From IMG/VR virus record IMGVR_UViG_3300042484_002457, positions 124,001 to 188,000 of that record: a stretch of DNA of 64,000 bases; one strand, given 5' to 3'. Both the position numbers and the translations under genes were made by a program. This document shows positions 27,399 through 38,209 of this stretch, one piece after another. How positions within the stretch are numbered: the stretch's first letter is position 1; every line of letters begins with the position of its first letter. A model generated the notes under the pieces. The model did no database searches. It had not been told where the DNA came from and was given only the letters and a program-made list of their open reading frames with translations.

Positions 27399-28292
27399 AT
27401 GGCTGACGCCCAACCCACAACTACACCCCCAACAGATCCCAACGCACAAGAACAAATGAACATTCAAGTTGATTTGGACTATTTGCGTACAACTCGTGTG
27501 CACATCTGTATGCCCTGCTATGGCGGCCAGCTTACAGAATCAACATTCATGAGTTTTATCAAATGGGCCAACATGGCTCGTCAATTAAGCATTGACTGGA
27601 CCGTGGAAACCATGACCAACGAGAGCTTGATTTCACGTGCTAGAAACACGCTCACTGCCAAGTTCTTGCACACCGAAGGCTCCACACACTTGATGTTTAT
27701 TGACGCTGACATTGGCTGGGAACCCTGGCACTTGTTGGTGTTGTTGAACCGCAAGGTTGATGTAATTGGTGGACTTTACCCCATGAAGAGCATGCCCATC
27801 AAGTGGTGTGTAAACGGCATTCCCGGCAAAGAAGATGGCGAAGACAATCTTGTAGAAGTCACCAAAACTGGCACAGGCTTCTTGTTGATCAAGCGCGAGG
27901 TGTTTGACAAGCTAGACGCACACCCTGCTGTGCGAGCCTTTGCTAATGACATTGGTTTGCCCCCTGAACTCAACAAGTACATGAAAACCTACTTTGACAC
28001 TGCTGTGCGCGAAGGTCGTTACTACTCAGAAGACTGGACATTCTGCGAAAATTGGCGCGACATTGGTGGGCAAGTGTTTGTGGACAAACGTGTGTTGCTC
28101 AAGCACACAGGCACATATGTGTTTGACGCTACCACACAGGACAAACTGTACTTTGAACTTGATGCTATTGCCAAGGCCAATACACAAAAAATCACACAAA
28201 TGGTACCGCAGGGTGGACACGAAGTTGCTGCGGACATTCTTGTCCCGGCAGCTGAACCTGAAGTGCTGGCCAGTTCTGACAACAGCAAATAA
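27399..28292 (+). CDS. GT-A fold glycosyltransferase-like protein
   Basis: ICMPCYGG, ESLISRARN, FIDADI, GTGFLLIKR, YSEDWTFC. Confidence 0.75.
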   Translation: MADAQPTTTPPTDPNAQEQMNIQVDLDYLRTTRVHICMPCYGGQLTESTFMSFIKWANMARQLSIDWTVETMTNESLISRARNTLTAKFLHTEGSTHLMFIDADIGWEPWHLLVLLNRKVDVIGGLYPMKSMPIKWCVNGIPGKEDGEDNLVEVTKTGTGFLLIKREVFDKLDAHPAVRAFANDIGLPPELNKYMKTYFDTAVREGRYYSEDWTFCENWRDIGGQVFVDKRVLLKHTGTYVFDATTQDKLYFELDAIAKANTQKITQMVPQGGHEVAADILVPAAEPEVLASSDNSK

Positions 28293-28308
28293 CAGCACAA
28301 CAGCCACC

Positions 28309-28336
28309 AGCGCCGGTTCCGCCGGCGCTTTCATTT
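28309..28336 (+). terminator. rho-independent terminator
   Basis: AGCGCCGG-TTCCG-CCGGCGCT followed by TTCATTT. Confidence 0.7.
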
Positions 28337-28354
28337 GTCCGCTAAATACACATT

Positions 28355-31300
28355 ATGAATATCGAAGAGTTAGATTCCTTCAATCTTGCAGACGCTGTGA
28401 AGTTTCACAATCAGTTAAATCCCCGATTGTGGGATCAGCGTGAACATCTCAAGCCTGATGTGCACGCCAAGCTCATGGAAATTGCTAGAGATTTCCAAGA
28501 GTTTCTGGGCGTTCCTGACCTTGAAGTCAAGGACATCACAGTATCTGGCTCAAATGCTGCATACAATTACACACCGCACAGCGATGTAGATCTACACCTT
28601 GTGGTGGATATGCCTGACGCTAAAAACAGCGAAGTGTTTCGCGAGCTGTTTGACGCCAAGAAATTCCAGTACAACGCTGAACATGACATTCGTATTGGCG
28701 GCTATGATGTAGAACTGTATGTGCAAGATGCTGAACAAGAGCATCACTCACAGGGCATTTACAGCCTGTTGCAAAACCGTTGGATCAGTGTGCCCAAGAG
28801 ACGCAAACCTGATGTAGATGATATCAGTGTGAAAAGCAAATACCAAGATGTGGGACACAGAATTGAAGCTGCTATCCGTGGCGGTGACGCTGCACAAATG
28901 GAAGATGTTTGGAACAAACTACGTGTGATGCGCAAGCAGGGTCTTGAGCGTGAAGGCGAGTTTGCCCCAGAAAACATTGTGTTCAAGATGCTGCGCAACA
29001 ACGGCACCATTGGCAACCTCAAACAAGCAAGACAGGCTGTGCGTGATCGAGAGCTGAGTCTTGCTGAAGTCAACCGCCCCAAGCAACGTGTGCATTATGG
29101 CTTTGTAAGTGAAAGCCCCGATGGTGTAAATCCCAGTACCAAGATGTTTCTTGAAGAAGATGATGCCGAAAGTCTTGTAACTGAATTTATTTTTACCACG
29201 GCTGACAAGCTGGGCATTAAACGTATACCAAAAATTCATATACACACCAATGATGACTGGAGCAGAGAAAACAACAGTTTTGGAATGTTTGTTCCTGACA
29301 CATATGAACTGCATGTGAGTTTGATAAATCGCCATCCCATGGATGTGATGCGCACCATTGCGCACGAACTAGCACATGTCCGTCAACACGAGATCAAGCC
29401 GGTCAAACCCGGTGATGGAGAAACTGGAAGTGATGTTGAAAACGAAGCGCATGCCATAGCTGGTATTGTCATGCGAGACTTTGCCAGCAGCCATCCTGAA
29501 TATTTTGAAAAGCCTGCTGTGAGCGAAAGCTCGGGATACATTCCTACCCGAGCACAGGCTCAAGATCCTCGCTTTAAAATGGCCCTGACTGTGGACATCA
29601 AGCCAGGACAAACTGGTAAGGAAGCCAACAAGCTGGCCTTGCAAACAGATGCACAAGGCCGTCCAGCACTGTTGATGAAAACAGCAAACCTGCGTGAAGG
29701 CCGGATGCCGCAGCCCAGCCAAGGGCAGGGCCAGTATAGAGATTTAAACAAGCCCCTGGGTCCAGAAACACCTCCTACCATGCCCGCAGGCACTGTCAAG
29801 GTAGATGTGAGTGATGTGTATGACTGGTACAAGCTGGGCAGTCATATCAGCAACCTCAAAGGTCTGGGCAAACACGACTTTGGCGCAGGACCTCCTAGTA
29901 CTATCATCAGTTTTGGTGATGAGGAAACTGAACACAAGTACATCCAAGACCTTGAAAAAACTGGACTCACTACCACAGATATTGACCCCAAGGATCCCAA
30001 GCAGCCTCCAGGAATGAAACGTCAAAAGACTGATCCCACCTACAACGTGGCAGAAGATGACATTGTAGAAAGCCTGCGTCAAGAATTTGCTTTGCTGGAA
30101 GACGAGTACATCAGCGAAATCAAAATGACCGGAAAGAACCTGCGAGCCGAAGCTGCTCAAACAGGTGCGCAGGCTGGCATGGAATTTGAAATGATTGTGC
30201 CCAACGTTGAGACCGAAGAGCTAGACCCTGAATACGAACCAGACTGGGATCAGGATCAGCGTACTAGAAGCTTCAGTGACATTCGAGACTTTTTCCACGA
30301 TGGAGACTACAACGGTCGTCGCGAAGCAGACAACCTAATGGAAGAAATACAAAACGAGTATGAAGAATGGCAAGCAGAACAAACTGACGAAGCCTGGGCT
30401 CGAGATGGAGTAGATTACATGCGTGACTTTGTTGAAGTCAATGACTTGTTTGATCGTGAAGAAGCTATAGACACTGCTCGAGACGAGGTCATTGACGCTA
30501 ACCCTGACTTGCCACCTGAAAGCAAAGACTTCCAGGACCTGCTTCGTGCCAGACTCGATGAACTACAAGAACAGTTTGTGCTAGAATCGTTTGAAGATCA
30601 AGGCCGCATCTACAATGACGCATTGCAAGCGTTTGCAGAAGAGCAAAGAGACGAATACGACGAACGCAGTTTCTTGGATGACAAGTATCCCATGATGACA
30701 GATATTCAAAGCAACTTTGATATTTCATGGCCCCACTACTACAACATCAACGATGGTCAAGACAGTGGAGAAGTGGATGTAGATCAAGTAGCTGATGAGT
30801 TTGGCTCATACATGGGCAAACCTGTGAATGCCAGCAGACAATACCATGGCGGTCGTCGCGAAGCAGGAACCTATGTAGTAGAACCCGACGGCAGCTTAGA
30901 AGGTGACAACCCAGGTGATGGTGGCCTTGAGTTTGTTAGTCCGCCCATGCCCATAGATGAAATGATTTCAGACTTGAACAAGGTCAAGGCCTGGGCAGAC
31001 AAGACTGGTTGCTATACCAACGACTCTACAGGCTTGCACATCAATATCTCAGTGCCCAATTATTCAATTGACAAACTGGACTATGTAAAATTGGCCATCC
31101 TCATGGGCGACGAATACATTCTGGACTTGTTTGGTCGCTCAGGCAACACCTATGCCAAATCAGCCATGGGCAAGATCAAGTCAGCACTGAAACAAAAACC
31201 CGAAGCGTCAGCACAAATCATGGACTTGATGAAACAAGGACTGGACGGTGCTGCAACCAAGGCCATACACACAGGTATCACAGACAAGTACACGTCAATC

Positions 31301-32476
31301 AACACCAAGACTGGCTATATTGAATTCCGTAGCCCCGGTGGTGACTGGCTGGACAGCAATTTTGACAAGATTGAAAACACCCTGTTGCGTTTTACTGTGG
31401 CCCTGAGTGCTGCTATCAATCCAGAAGCATACCGCAAAGAATACTTGACCAAGCTGTACAAGTTGTTGTCCGAAGGCATGGCGGACAAGAGTGACGTAAA
31501 CATTATTCAGTTGTTCTCCAACTACTCAGCTGGTGAACTGGACAAAGCTGCTCTAATCCGTCAAGTGCGTCAAAAGCAACTGGCTCGCAATGTTGCCAAG
31601 GGCAAGGCCACAGGCAAGATGTGGTGGAATGTTTCTAGACCAGGATACATGGGCAGCATCGAAGTTGTTGCTAACAGCAAAGAAGAAGCCATTGATGTTG
31701 CATTACAGCCGAGCAATTATCCAAACTGGGCAAGTGCTAGAAATACATTACAGGCTAAACCATTACGTCCATACCAAGAAAAGCCAAGCGCACCTGCACA
31801 ACCTGCTGCGGACAATCAAGGCAACTGGGGTATCTGGTTGGATGCTGCAGAACGCTTTGTCCGAATACCTCGCACCGAAACTGGTGGCGACGGGCAAGCC
31901 TTGCGTAGATTCTCTAGCCAAGCGGCTGCAATGGCGTTCTTGGAGCGAACTCGAGAAGAGAATCCACTAATGAGAAGAGACATCAGCATTCGCGAAATCC
32001 CTGCAGACTATCAGTGGCCACCCGTTGCACCGGCTGTTAACCGCAATACGCTGACACCAACCGGTCCTGGACCTTGGGAAGTGTTTAGAATCAGTGACGG
32101 GTCAAGTGTAGCAGAGCTGGGGCAGACCAACCGCATGAGTGCTGAAGTAGAAGCTCGCGGAGTGATTGATCAACGTGGCGAAGCACCTGAACTGTATGGA
32201 GTAAGAACTCGTCAGTCTGACGCAGCACAAGGTGGCACAGTTGATGTAGGGGGAGAAACACCTGCAACAGCACCGCAGACACTGACTCGTCCCGGACAAG
32301 GCCAACAACAGTTCACAGGCACATGGCGAGTGTTAGATCCTGAAGACCGTGAGATCTATCGCTTTAGTGGTGTGGGCAACAACCAATCAGATGCCAATCG
32401 TGTGGCCCTGAACTGGATGCGTCAAAATCCTGGTCGCATGCAAGCAGGTGTCACAGTGGTCCCGGAGATGACCTAA
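28355..32476 (+). CDS. multidomain polyprotein: nucleotidyltransferase, HExxH metallopeptidase-like and putative amidoligase domains plus C-terminal modules
   Basis: GSNAAYNYTPHSDVDLH; AHELAHVRQ; GMEFEM...EPDGSL...LEFVSPP...TNDSTGLHINIS...IEFRSPGG. Confidence 0.75.
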   Translation: MNIEELDSFNLADAVKFHNQLNPRLWDQREHLKPDVHAKLMEIARDFQEFLGVPDLEVKDITVSGSNAAYNYTPHSDVDLHLVVDMPDAKNSEVFRELFDAKKFQYNAEHDIRIGGYDVELYVQDAEQEHHSQGIYSLLQNRWISVPKRRKPDVDDISVKSKYQDVGHRIEAAIRGGDAAQMEDVWNKLRVMRKQGLEREGEFAPENIVFKMLRNNGTIGNLKQARQAVRDRELSLAEVNRPKQRVHYGFVSESPDGVNPSTKMFLEEDDAESLVTEFIFTTADKLGIKRIPKIHIHTNDDWSRENNSFGMFVPDTYELHVSLINRHPMDVMRTIAHELAHVRQHEIKPVKPGDGETGSDVENEAHAIAGIVMRDFASSHPEYFEKPAVSESSGYIPTRAQAQDPRFKMALTVDIKPGQTGKEANKLALQTDAQGRPALLMKTANLREGRMPQPSQGQGQYRDLNKPLGPETPPTMPAGTVKVDVSDVYDWYKLGSHISNLKGLGKHDFGAGPPSTIISFGDEETEHKYIQDLEKTGLTTTDIDPKDPKQPPGMKRQKTDPTYNVAEDDIVESLRQEFALLEDEYISEIKMTGKNLRAEAAQTGAQAGMEFEMIVPNVETEELDPEYEPDWDQDQRTRSFSDIRDFFHDGDYNGRREADNLMEEIQNEYEEWQAEQTDEAWARDGVDYMRDFVEVNDLFDREEAIDTARDEVIDANPDLPPESKDFQDLLRARLDELQEQFVLESFEDQGRIYNDALQAFAEEQRDEYDERSFLDDKYPMMTDIQSNFDISWPHYYNINDGQDSGEVDVDQVADEFGSYMGKPVNASRQYHGGRREAGTYVVEPDGSLEGDNPGDGGLEFVSPPMPIDEMISDLNKVKAWADKTGCYTNDSTGLHINISVPNYSIDKLDYVKLAILMGDEYILDLFGRSGNTYAKSAMGKIKSALKQKPEASAQIMDLMKQGLDGAATKAIHTGITDKYTSINTKTGYIEFRSPGGDWLDSNFDKIENTLLRFTVALSAAINPEAYRKEYLTKLYKLLSEGMADKSDVNIIQLFSNYSAGELDKAALIRQVRQKQLARNVAKGKATGKMWWNVSRPGYMGSIEVVANSKEEAIDVALQPSNYPNWASARNTLQAKPLRPYQEKPSAPAQPAADNQGNWGIWLDAAERFVRIPRTETGGDGQALRRFSSQAAAMAFLERTREENPLMRRDISIREIPADYQWPPVAPAVNRNTLTPTGPGPWEVFRISDGSSVAELGQTNRMSAEVEARGVIDQRGEAPELYGVRTRQSDAAQGGTVDVGGETPATAPQTLTRPGQGQQQFTGTWRVLDPEDREIYRFSGVGNNQSDANRVALNWMRQNPGRMQAGVTVVPEMT

Positions 32477-33462
32477 TGAGAGCACAAGAATTTGTAACAG
32501 AACTGTTTGAGCCAGGCAAAAAGTGGCAGTGGAGTTTTACTGGCAGTGAAGAAGCAGTAGCAGTATTTCATGTTGGTGAAGTGCCTTACATGTTCCATGC
32601 ATATGGCGCCGTCGGTGAATGGGAAGCAGAGTTCAAGCGGTATGGTAACAAACTAGATCGATCGCAAAAGTTTGGACTAACTGGCACTGGTAACTCAGCA
32701 GAAGTCATGAGCACAGTGGTTGACATCATGCGAGCGTTCTTGGAAAAATACAAGGACAAGATACAAGTGCTGACATTCAGTGCCAAGGAAGATTCCCGTC
32801 AGGGTCTATATGCCCGAATGGTCAAACGACTGCTGCCCGACTGGACCATGAAACAATCCGGTGAGCACTTTGTTCTTGTGGCTCCCAAACAAGATGTCAC
32901 AGAAACATGGGGTGTTGAAAAGTATCCTATTCCGCTGCCAATTGGGCAGTACCTTGCTGTTGGTAGTGATGAGTTTGCTCCGCCGGGCAACTATGCCAGT
33001 GCAGACGATCTTGTGGATGATGTGTACGACTTGATAGATGCAGGTGTTGAGCCCACAGTGGTTGCAGTTGATCCCAAGACTCTGTTGGCCACACAAGACT
33101 GGCTTAGTAACGAAGGCGGCGGCGATCCCTTGTTTGACGAGTACCCGGACAAGCCTGTGATATACAAGAAGGCAGGCAAGCTGTACATCCTTGACGGGCA
33201 TCACAGAACCACACGAGCTTGGAAAGCTGGTAGACCTATTTCAGTATACCTGTTTGGGGACGATCAACAAAACGAACTGGACGAAAACTTTGCAGATGGC
33301 CGAAACCCACAAGACAAAGGTGATTCAAAGCGTCACGGTATCAATACCAAAGCATCAGTTAGTAGTCTACGCAAAACTGCCAAACAAGGCGGCCGCAAAG
33401 GACAACTGGCACACTGGCTGGCTAACATGAAGTCTGGTAGAGCAAAGGCCAAACGAAAATGA
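32476..33462 (+). CDS. modular putative internal protein with a ParB/Srx-like module
   Basis: MRAQEFVTE start; ATQDWL...YILDGHHR; basic terminal module after LDE. Confidence 0.7.
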   Translation: MRAQEFVTELFEPGKKWQWSFTGSEEAVAVFHVGEVPYMFHAYGAVGEWEAEFKRYGNKLDRSQKFGLTGTGNSAEVMSTVVDIMRAFLEKYKDKIQVLTFSAKEDSRQGLYARMVKRLLPDWTMKQSGEHFVLVAPKQDVTETWGVEKYPIPLPIGQYLAVGSDEFAPPGNYASADDLVDDVYDLIDAGVEPTVVAVDPKTLLATQDWLSNEGGGDPLFDEYPDKPVIYKKAGKLYILDGHHRTTRAWKAGRPISVYLFGDDQQNELDENFADGRNPQDKGDSKRHGINTKASVSSLRKTAKQGGRKGQLAHWLANMKSGRAKAKRK

Positions 33463-33920
33463 GCGCATATCGACTTGATCCTTTTTATGGCATTGGTGCT
33501 GTTTCCTTGAATGCAAACACCGCTAGAGCTCAGATAGAGCTGCGACCCAGTATGTTTTTGAATTTGGCACACAGACTTGATGCCAACAGTGAATGTGCAC
33601 TCCGTATAATACCCTACATCAGAACCAGATTGCAGTCAAGAGGTATTGGATATCCAATACTGCACATTGCGCCGCCTTTGGAATGGCGTAATAACGATTT
33701 TTCCAAACCTTGTCAAGTTATTGAAAGCAACGGACGCCATCGTATGCATGCAATTATGGAGGTTCAAGGCGATGAACCTATTCCAGTATTGTTGGTACCT
33801 TGGCAAGATATTACACAACAAGAGTTAAATACATGGCTACCTCGCATGCGTGAGCAAATGCTCAGTCAGGATGGCGAGTTGGTATCAGGTCAATTATGGG
33901 ATCAAACACATGAGAGCTAA
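33459..33920 (+). CDS. ParB/Srx-like hypothetical protein
   Basis: YPIL...VIESNGRHRM...IPV. Confidence 0.5.
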   Translation: MSAYRLDPFYGIGAVSLNANTARAQIELRPSMFLNLAHRLDANSECALRIIPYIRTRLQSRGIGYPILHIAPPLEWRNNDFSKPCQVIESNGRHRMHAIMEVQGDEPIPVLLVPWQDITQQELNTWLPRMREQMLSQDGELVSGQLWDQTHES

Positions 33921-34110
33921 AGAGTTTGTTAATGAAAGTGTTGCGCCGGGCTTTCACGTGTATCAAGCACGAGTCAAAGTCAACAATCCTCTTTACTCTA
34001 ACAGTATTGATGTTGCAGTGTTTGCCAAAGGTCCGGCTATGGCTCGCGCTCTGTTACAGGCACAGTACGGCAAAGATAGTGTTGTGACCAACGTTACACA
34101 AATTGCATAA
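33910..34110 (+). CDS. small putative internal protein
   Basis: ATG 33910, MRAKEFVNE. Confidence 0.65.
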   Translation: MRAKEFVNESVAPGFHVYQARVKVNNPLYSNSIDVAVFAKGPAMARALLQAQYGKDSVVTNVTQIA

Positions 34111-34144
34111 TTCTCTGTGGCGCAAAGCCACAGATACATAAGTG

Positions 34145-34984
34145 ATGATAGACATTGTTACTGTTGTTTTCCAAGAAGAAATTCCAATTTTAAAAGTACA
34201 AGCAGAGTCAGTTGCACGATACTGCCAAAATATTGGTATCCGTAATATCTATGTGGTAGTCAATGATGACGAAGACACCATACACAAAATTGATGCTGGT
34301 TGGTGGGGTGACTTGGCCAATCATGTGTTGGTAGTACCGCGTTCAGCGTTTAGCACACAGTTTATAGATAATGGTTGGGTCAGTCAGCAGGCTCTTAAAT
34401 TGCTAGCGGCTGCTATGAGCCATAACACCTGGAGCATGGTACTAGATGCCAAAACAGTATTTGTGCGTGAGCTGCAACTGACTGATTTATTGGACTGTGA
34501 TGGCCGTGCACGAGTAGGCACATTACCAGTGTTCCCAGTGTTTGAACCCACACGACTCATGATCAATGAGTTGTACAACATAGACATGAAAGATCAACTG
34601 GGGCCAGGCGGCGTGCCCTTTTTCTTTCAAAATGATGTAGTGCGACTCATGATTGCAGAAACAACATTCTTGGCCAAGAAAAGTTTTCCCATATGGTTTC
34701 AAGCAAAAGGACGCATCACTGAGTTTATGCTGTACTCAGGATACTTGCAATATAGATTTGGCGGATACGATACATTTTACTCGTCTGACTCAGCATTTGG
34801 TGCAGTGAACATCAGCCATGGCGAAGTTGATCAATTCAACACCAAGCTCAAGCAAATGCAAGATCCACGTACTCTTACAGTGAGTATACATCGTGGCGCC
34901 TGGAGTCAACTCAGCGCAGACCAACGCCAAGAATATCAGTTTAGATTAATTGAAGCAGGCCTAATAGGAGCACACAGTTTATGA
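34145..34984 (+). CDS. glycosyltransferase-like (DUF6492-type) protein
   Basis: GWVSQQALKL, VLDAKTVF, TEFMLY. Confidence 0.55.
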   Translation: MIDIVTVVFQEEIPILKVQAESVARYCQNIGIRNIYVVVNDDEDTIHKIDAGWWGDLANHVLVVPRSAFSTQFIDNGWVSQQALKLLAAAMSHNTWSMVLDAKTVFVRELQLTDLLDCDGRARVGTLPVFPVFEPTRLMINELYNIDMKDQLGPGGVPFFFQNDVVRLMIAETTFLAKKSFPIWFQAKGRITEFMLYSGYLQYRFGGYDTFYSSDSAFGAVNISHGEVDQFNTKLKQMQDPRTLTVSIHRGAWSQLSADQRQEYQFRLIEAGLIGAHSL

Positions 34985-35493
34985 AAGCCCTGTGCTTGGT
35001 TGCACATCCCGACGACTGTGTTATATTTGCCTACAGCTATATTCATAACCATCCTGAACTGGATTGGACGATTGGCTATTTGACCTACACTGCTGACAGT
35101 GAACGTGGTGTTGAGTTATCAGCATTTTGGCAACGACGAAACATACCTTGTGTGTTCCTTGGCTTTGTTGATGACTACCGAGATCAGGAGCAGCAACAAT
35201 TGTTACAATGGTACGGTATTGATGCCATGGCCGAGTGTGCCAATCTTGCCCGACAATACGACTTAGTTTTGACCCACGATGAACACGGTGATTACGGGCA
35301 CATACATCATCAAGTGGTGCACGATGCAGTAAAACTCCATCCACGTTTGATTACATTTGCCAAGCCTGGTCAAGGTACAACATACACAGTACCGCCAGGC
35401 ACATACACTCTTGATGAATTGCCCATGCACGGTGAAATTGTTGCCAGCTTTCATAGCCATGAACACAAAAACAGTTACAAGGAATCAAAATGA
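34981..35493 (+). CDS. PIG-L/LmbE family deacetylase
   Basis: VAHPDD, THDEHGDYGHIHH. Confidence 0.8.
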   Translation: MKALCLVAHPDDCVIFAYSYIHNHPELDWTIGYLTYTADSERGVELSAFWQRRNIPCVFLGFVDDYRDQEQQQLLQWYGIDAMAECANLARQYDLVLTHDEHGDYGHIHHQVVHDAVKLHPRLITFAKPGQGTTYTVPPGTYTLDELPMHGEIVASFHSHEHKNSYKESK

Positions 35494-36302
35494 AATTGAT
35501 GGTAGCAGGATGCAGCTTTAGTGCTGTGAGTCAAAAGCATCCAGGCACAGCCTGGAGCGAAGTTCTAGCACAACGCCTGGGCTGGGACTTGGAAAATCTA
35601 GCACGCCAAGGATGCAGCAATGGCGGTATCCGCGTGCAGATTGAAGAAATTATTAGACAACGACCAGACTTTGCAATTGTGACTCCTACGTTTTGGGACC
35701 GGATGGAAATCCCTGCAACTGCTGCACCATTTGACTGGAAGAAAAGCACAGGCGGTTGGAATCCTGAAATTCAAAAACACCTACAGGATCGCACATTAAA
35801 AAATGGGTATAATCGTGCTGATGGTATCAACAATGTCAACTATGGCAACAACAACTACAACATGATTTGCGAGACCATCTATACCTTGGCAGAGAACTTT
35901 AGTCACCCCTATCGGTCAGGCCTGATCAGCAAGGTATCACAAAACGCAGTGCGTTACTACATTGATGCCATCTATGATTCAGAATGGAAGAAGCAACAAG
36001 ACGAGTGGTTGATCAAAGAAGGTATATTTGAGCTGTATCATGCCGGCATAGACTTCTTGTTTGTGCCTGTACTGCTGTGGCCCTTTGATCCTGTACTGGG
36101 CCAACAACAGTGGCGCAACGTGATTACCACGGCTATACCTGATCGCAATGTGATGTTCAATGAACCAGAATCAGTACTGCCCATTTGTGGCAACAATCCG
36201 TTTACGGGCGAAGATCCTGGATATCATAGCGGTGCACAAGGGCAAAAGATCATTGCTGAAAACTACTATCGCAGAATCACTCAAGACTTTGGGCTGACTT
36301 AA
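35490..36302 (+). CDS. SGNH-like protein
   Basis: VAGCSFS, LARQGCSN, DPGYH. Confidence 0.55.
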   Translation: MKLMVAGCSFSAVSQKHPGTAWSEVLAQRLGWDLENLARQGCSNGGIRVQIEEIIRQRPDFAIVTPTFWDRMEIPATAAPFDWKKSTGGWNPEIQKHLQDRTLKNGYNRADGINNVNYGNNNYNMICETIYTLAENFSHPYRSGLISKVSQNAVRYYIDAIYDSEWKKQQDEWLIKEGIFELYHAGIDFLFVPVLLWPFDPVLGQQQWRNVITTAIPDRNVMFNEPESVLPICGNNPFTGEDPGYHSGAQGQKIIAENYYRRITQDFGLT

Positions 36303-37347
36303 ACAACTGCTGCATTTGGTGCTTGACTTCAGGCACCATTTCCAGCAACCTGGCATGATTGTGATCCAGTACTGACTGCAATTGATTTTGCACAGCCACA
36401 GGATCTTGTTGGCTGAGATACACCACTTGCTGCATAGCAAGATCAAACCGCTCAAAATCCAAGGGACTATTGTCGTAGCTTTCATCTATCACACTACCAA
36501 ACGTTTGGAATCCTTGATCTCTCAAACGTTTTAAATGATGCTGATTTCCGAACAGAACAAATATGCGTTTGGCAAACAAGGCTTTGATACTTTTTTCACT
36601 CATGAAGAATCCGCCACCAGTGCCTAGGGTTTCGGTCAAGATACTATAGTATGTGCGTTGATAAATGCGTTCAGGTACAATAAAACTTATTTGATTGTTG
36701 ATATTTTGCGCAACCTCCCACGCAGGATCAAGATGCGGACTCACATAAGGATACAGCAAAGGTGTGTCTTTAAATATTTCAGCAAACTCTTGATTTTGAT
36801 GATTGATCACACCACCTGGAAAACAATCACGATATGTAACAATGCACTGATCCAACAAGTTGTTTTTTGCTAGACCCAGTATCACATAGTCTCTGTTGGG
36901 CCTGCGAGCACCTAGCAGTGCATCAAACATATAGTGCTTGTGGTCATTGCGTGTGTCCACAAAGGTATTTGTATCAACAAAGCGTTCAATGTAAAAATTG
37001 CGATACAACATTCGACCAGGATCTAACACATTGTTTTGATGGGTGCCGCCCAGTGCAATCAAGTAGTTGTTGATGCGATTATCACGACACCACTGTTCAA
37101 TTTGCGGCTGCGAAAAATATTCAGGATCACTTATCAACACAAGATCAAACTGGTCAAGTTGGATATTGGCAATTAATGCATCGTAACTAAAGATCCAGGC
37201 ACAATTATAAAAGGGTCGTACTGCTGCTACACGATATGGTTGTGCTAGAGCTGTCTCTAAATCAGTTGTGGTTTGGTCAGGCGTAAAACCCCAGTCATGT
37301 GCACAGTTTACACTTTGCCAGCAGGGGTTATAAACTTTGAATTGCAT
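36277..37347 (-). CDS. hypothetical protein, glycosyltransferase-like
   Basis: SILTET...SEKSIK...GFQTFGSVIDESYD block. Confidence 0.5.
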   Translation of the reverse strand: MQFKVYNPCWQSVNCAHDWGFTPDQTTTDLETALAQPYRVAAVRPFYNCAWIFSYDALIANIQLDQFDLVLISDPEYFSQPQIEQWCRDNRINNYLIALGGTHQNNVLDPGRMLYRNFYIERFVDTNTFVDTRNDHKHYMFDALLGARRPNRDYVILGLAKNNLLDQCIVTYRDCFPGGVINHQNQEFAEIFKDTPLLYPYVSPHLDPAWEVAQNINNQISFIVPERIYQRTYYSILTETLGTGGGFFMSEKSIKALFAKRIFVLFGNQHHLKRLRDQGFQTFGSVIDESYDNSPLDFERFDLAMQQVVYLSQQDPVAVQNQLQSVLDHNHARLLEMVPEVKHQMQQLFKSAQSLE

Positions 37348-38209
37348 GACATTTCTCTTTTACTTTGGCAAGGTGCCGATTAAAGTTGGCTATGGTCAAG
37401 GTGTCCCAATCCATTTGCATACTGAGACTGAGATCAGGTATGGCATCGCATATGGAATTGTGCGCGGAACCAAATCCAGCAATGTTGCTCAAGGTATTGT
37501 ATTCGTAACGATGTTGTGCTTGGTATGTTACACTGCCCTGGGACACTGCCCAGTTACCCAGTAGCTCGTATTCACTGAACCATTTGATAATGTTGCCTGT
37601 ACCCCAAGGCGGAACTGTGGGCATCCCTGGTACCGCATCAATAATTGCATCCAACCAGTGCTTGTTGGGCCAACGCTGTTGCAGATGTTCACGAAGTTTT
37701 ACAAAATCTTTTTTTCTAACTGCACATAATTCAGTAACAAAGCAATGTGGTGATTGATGGCGCAACCCTGTGATGGCTTCAAACACCCCATTGTAACTGC
37801 CTTGGGTGGTGTTCATTAGTGACAACAAATTTAACTGATTGTTGGGATAGGGATTGTATGGCTCAAGCATAAATGTATCAGCATCGTGCATGAGAAAAAC
37901 ATCATGCTCCAATATGTCAAGATATGCTAACTTGATAGCTTGCTGGCGCAACCACCAGCCACGGTAGTCATCTGGAAACACCCAGTTGTTGACTTCAGGG
38001 TATTGTTTATATATTATGCTATCGTTAATGTATTCAAAGCGACTGCTGTCAATATTGTATTTGTGCCAGACTGGCTCAAGTTCGTCCCGTGTCATTGGAC
38101 TAGCAATCACTGTGGTATCAATACCTTTAAGGTTGTGATCCCACTGCATAGCAAATGCTGCATGAGGCACACGATACTTGGCCAAAAACAAAACTCTTGC
38201 AACTGTCAT
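37328..38209 (-). CDS. glycosyltransferase-like (DUF6492-type) protein
   Basis: GWWLRQQAIKL, MHDADTF, FSEYELLG; shares motifs with 34145-34984. Confidence 0.55.
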   Translation of the reverse strand: MTVARVLFLAKYRVPHAAFAMQWDHNLKGIDTTVIASPMTRDELEPVWHKYNIDSSRFEYINDSIIYKQYPEVNNWVFPDDYRGWWLRQQAIKLAYLDILEHDVFLMHDADTFMLEPYNPYPNNQLNLLSLMNTTQGSYNGVFEAITGLRHQSPHCFVTELCAVRKKDFVKLREHLQQRWPNKHWLDAIIDAVPGMPTVPPWGTGNIIKWFSEYELLGNWAVSQGSVTYQAQHRYEYNTLSNIAGFGSAHNSICDAIPDLSLSMQMDWDTLTIANFNRHLAKVKEKCHAIQSL

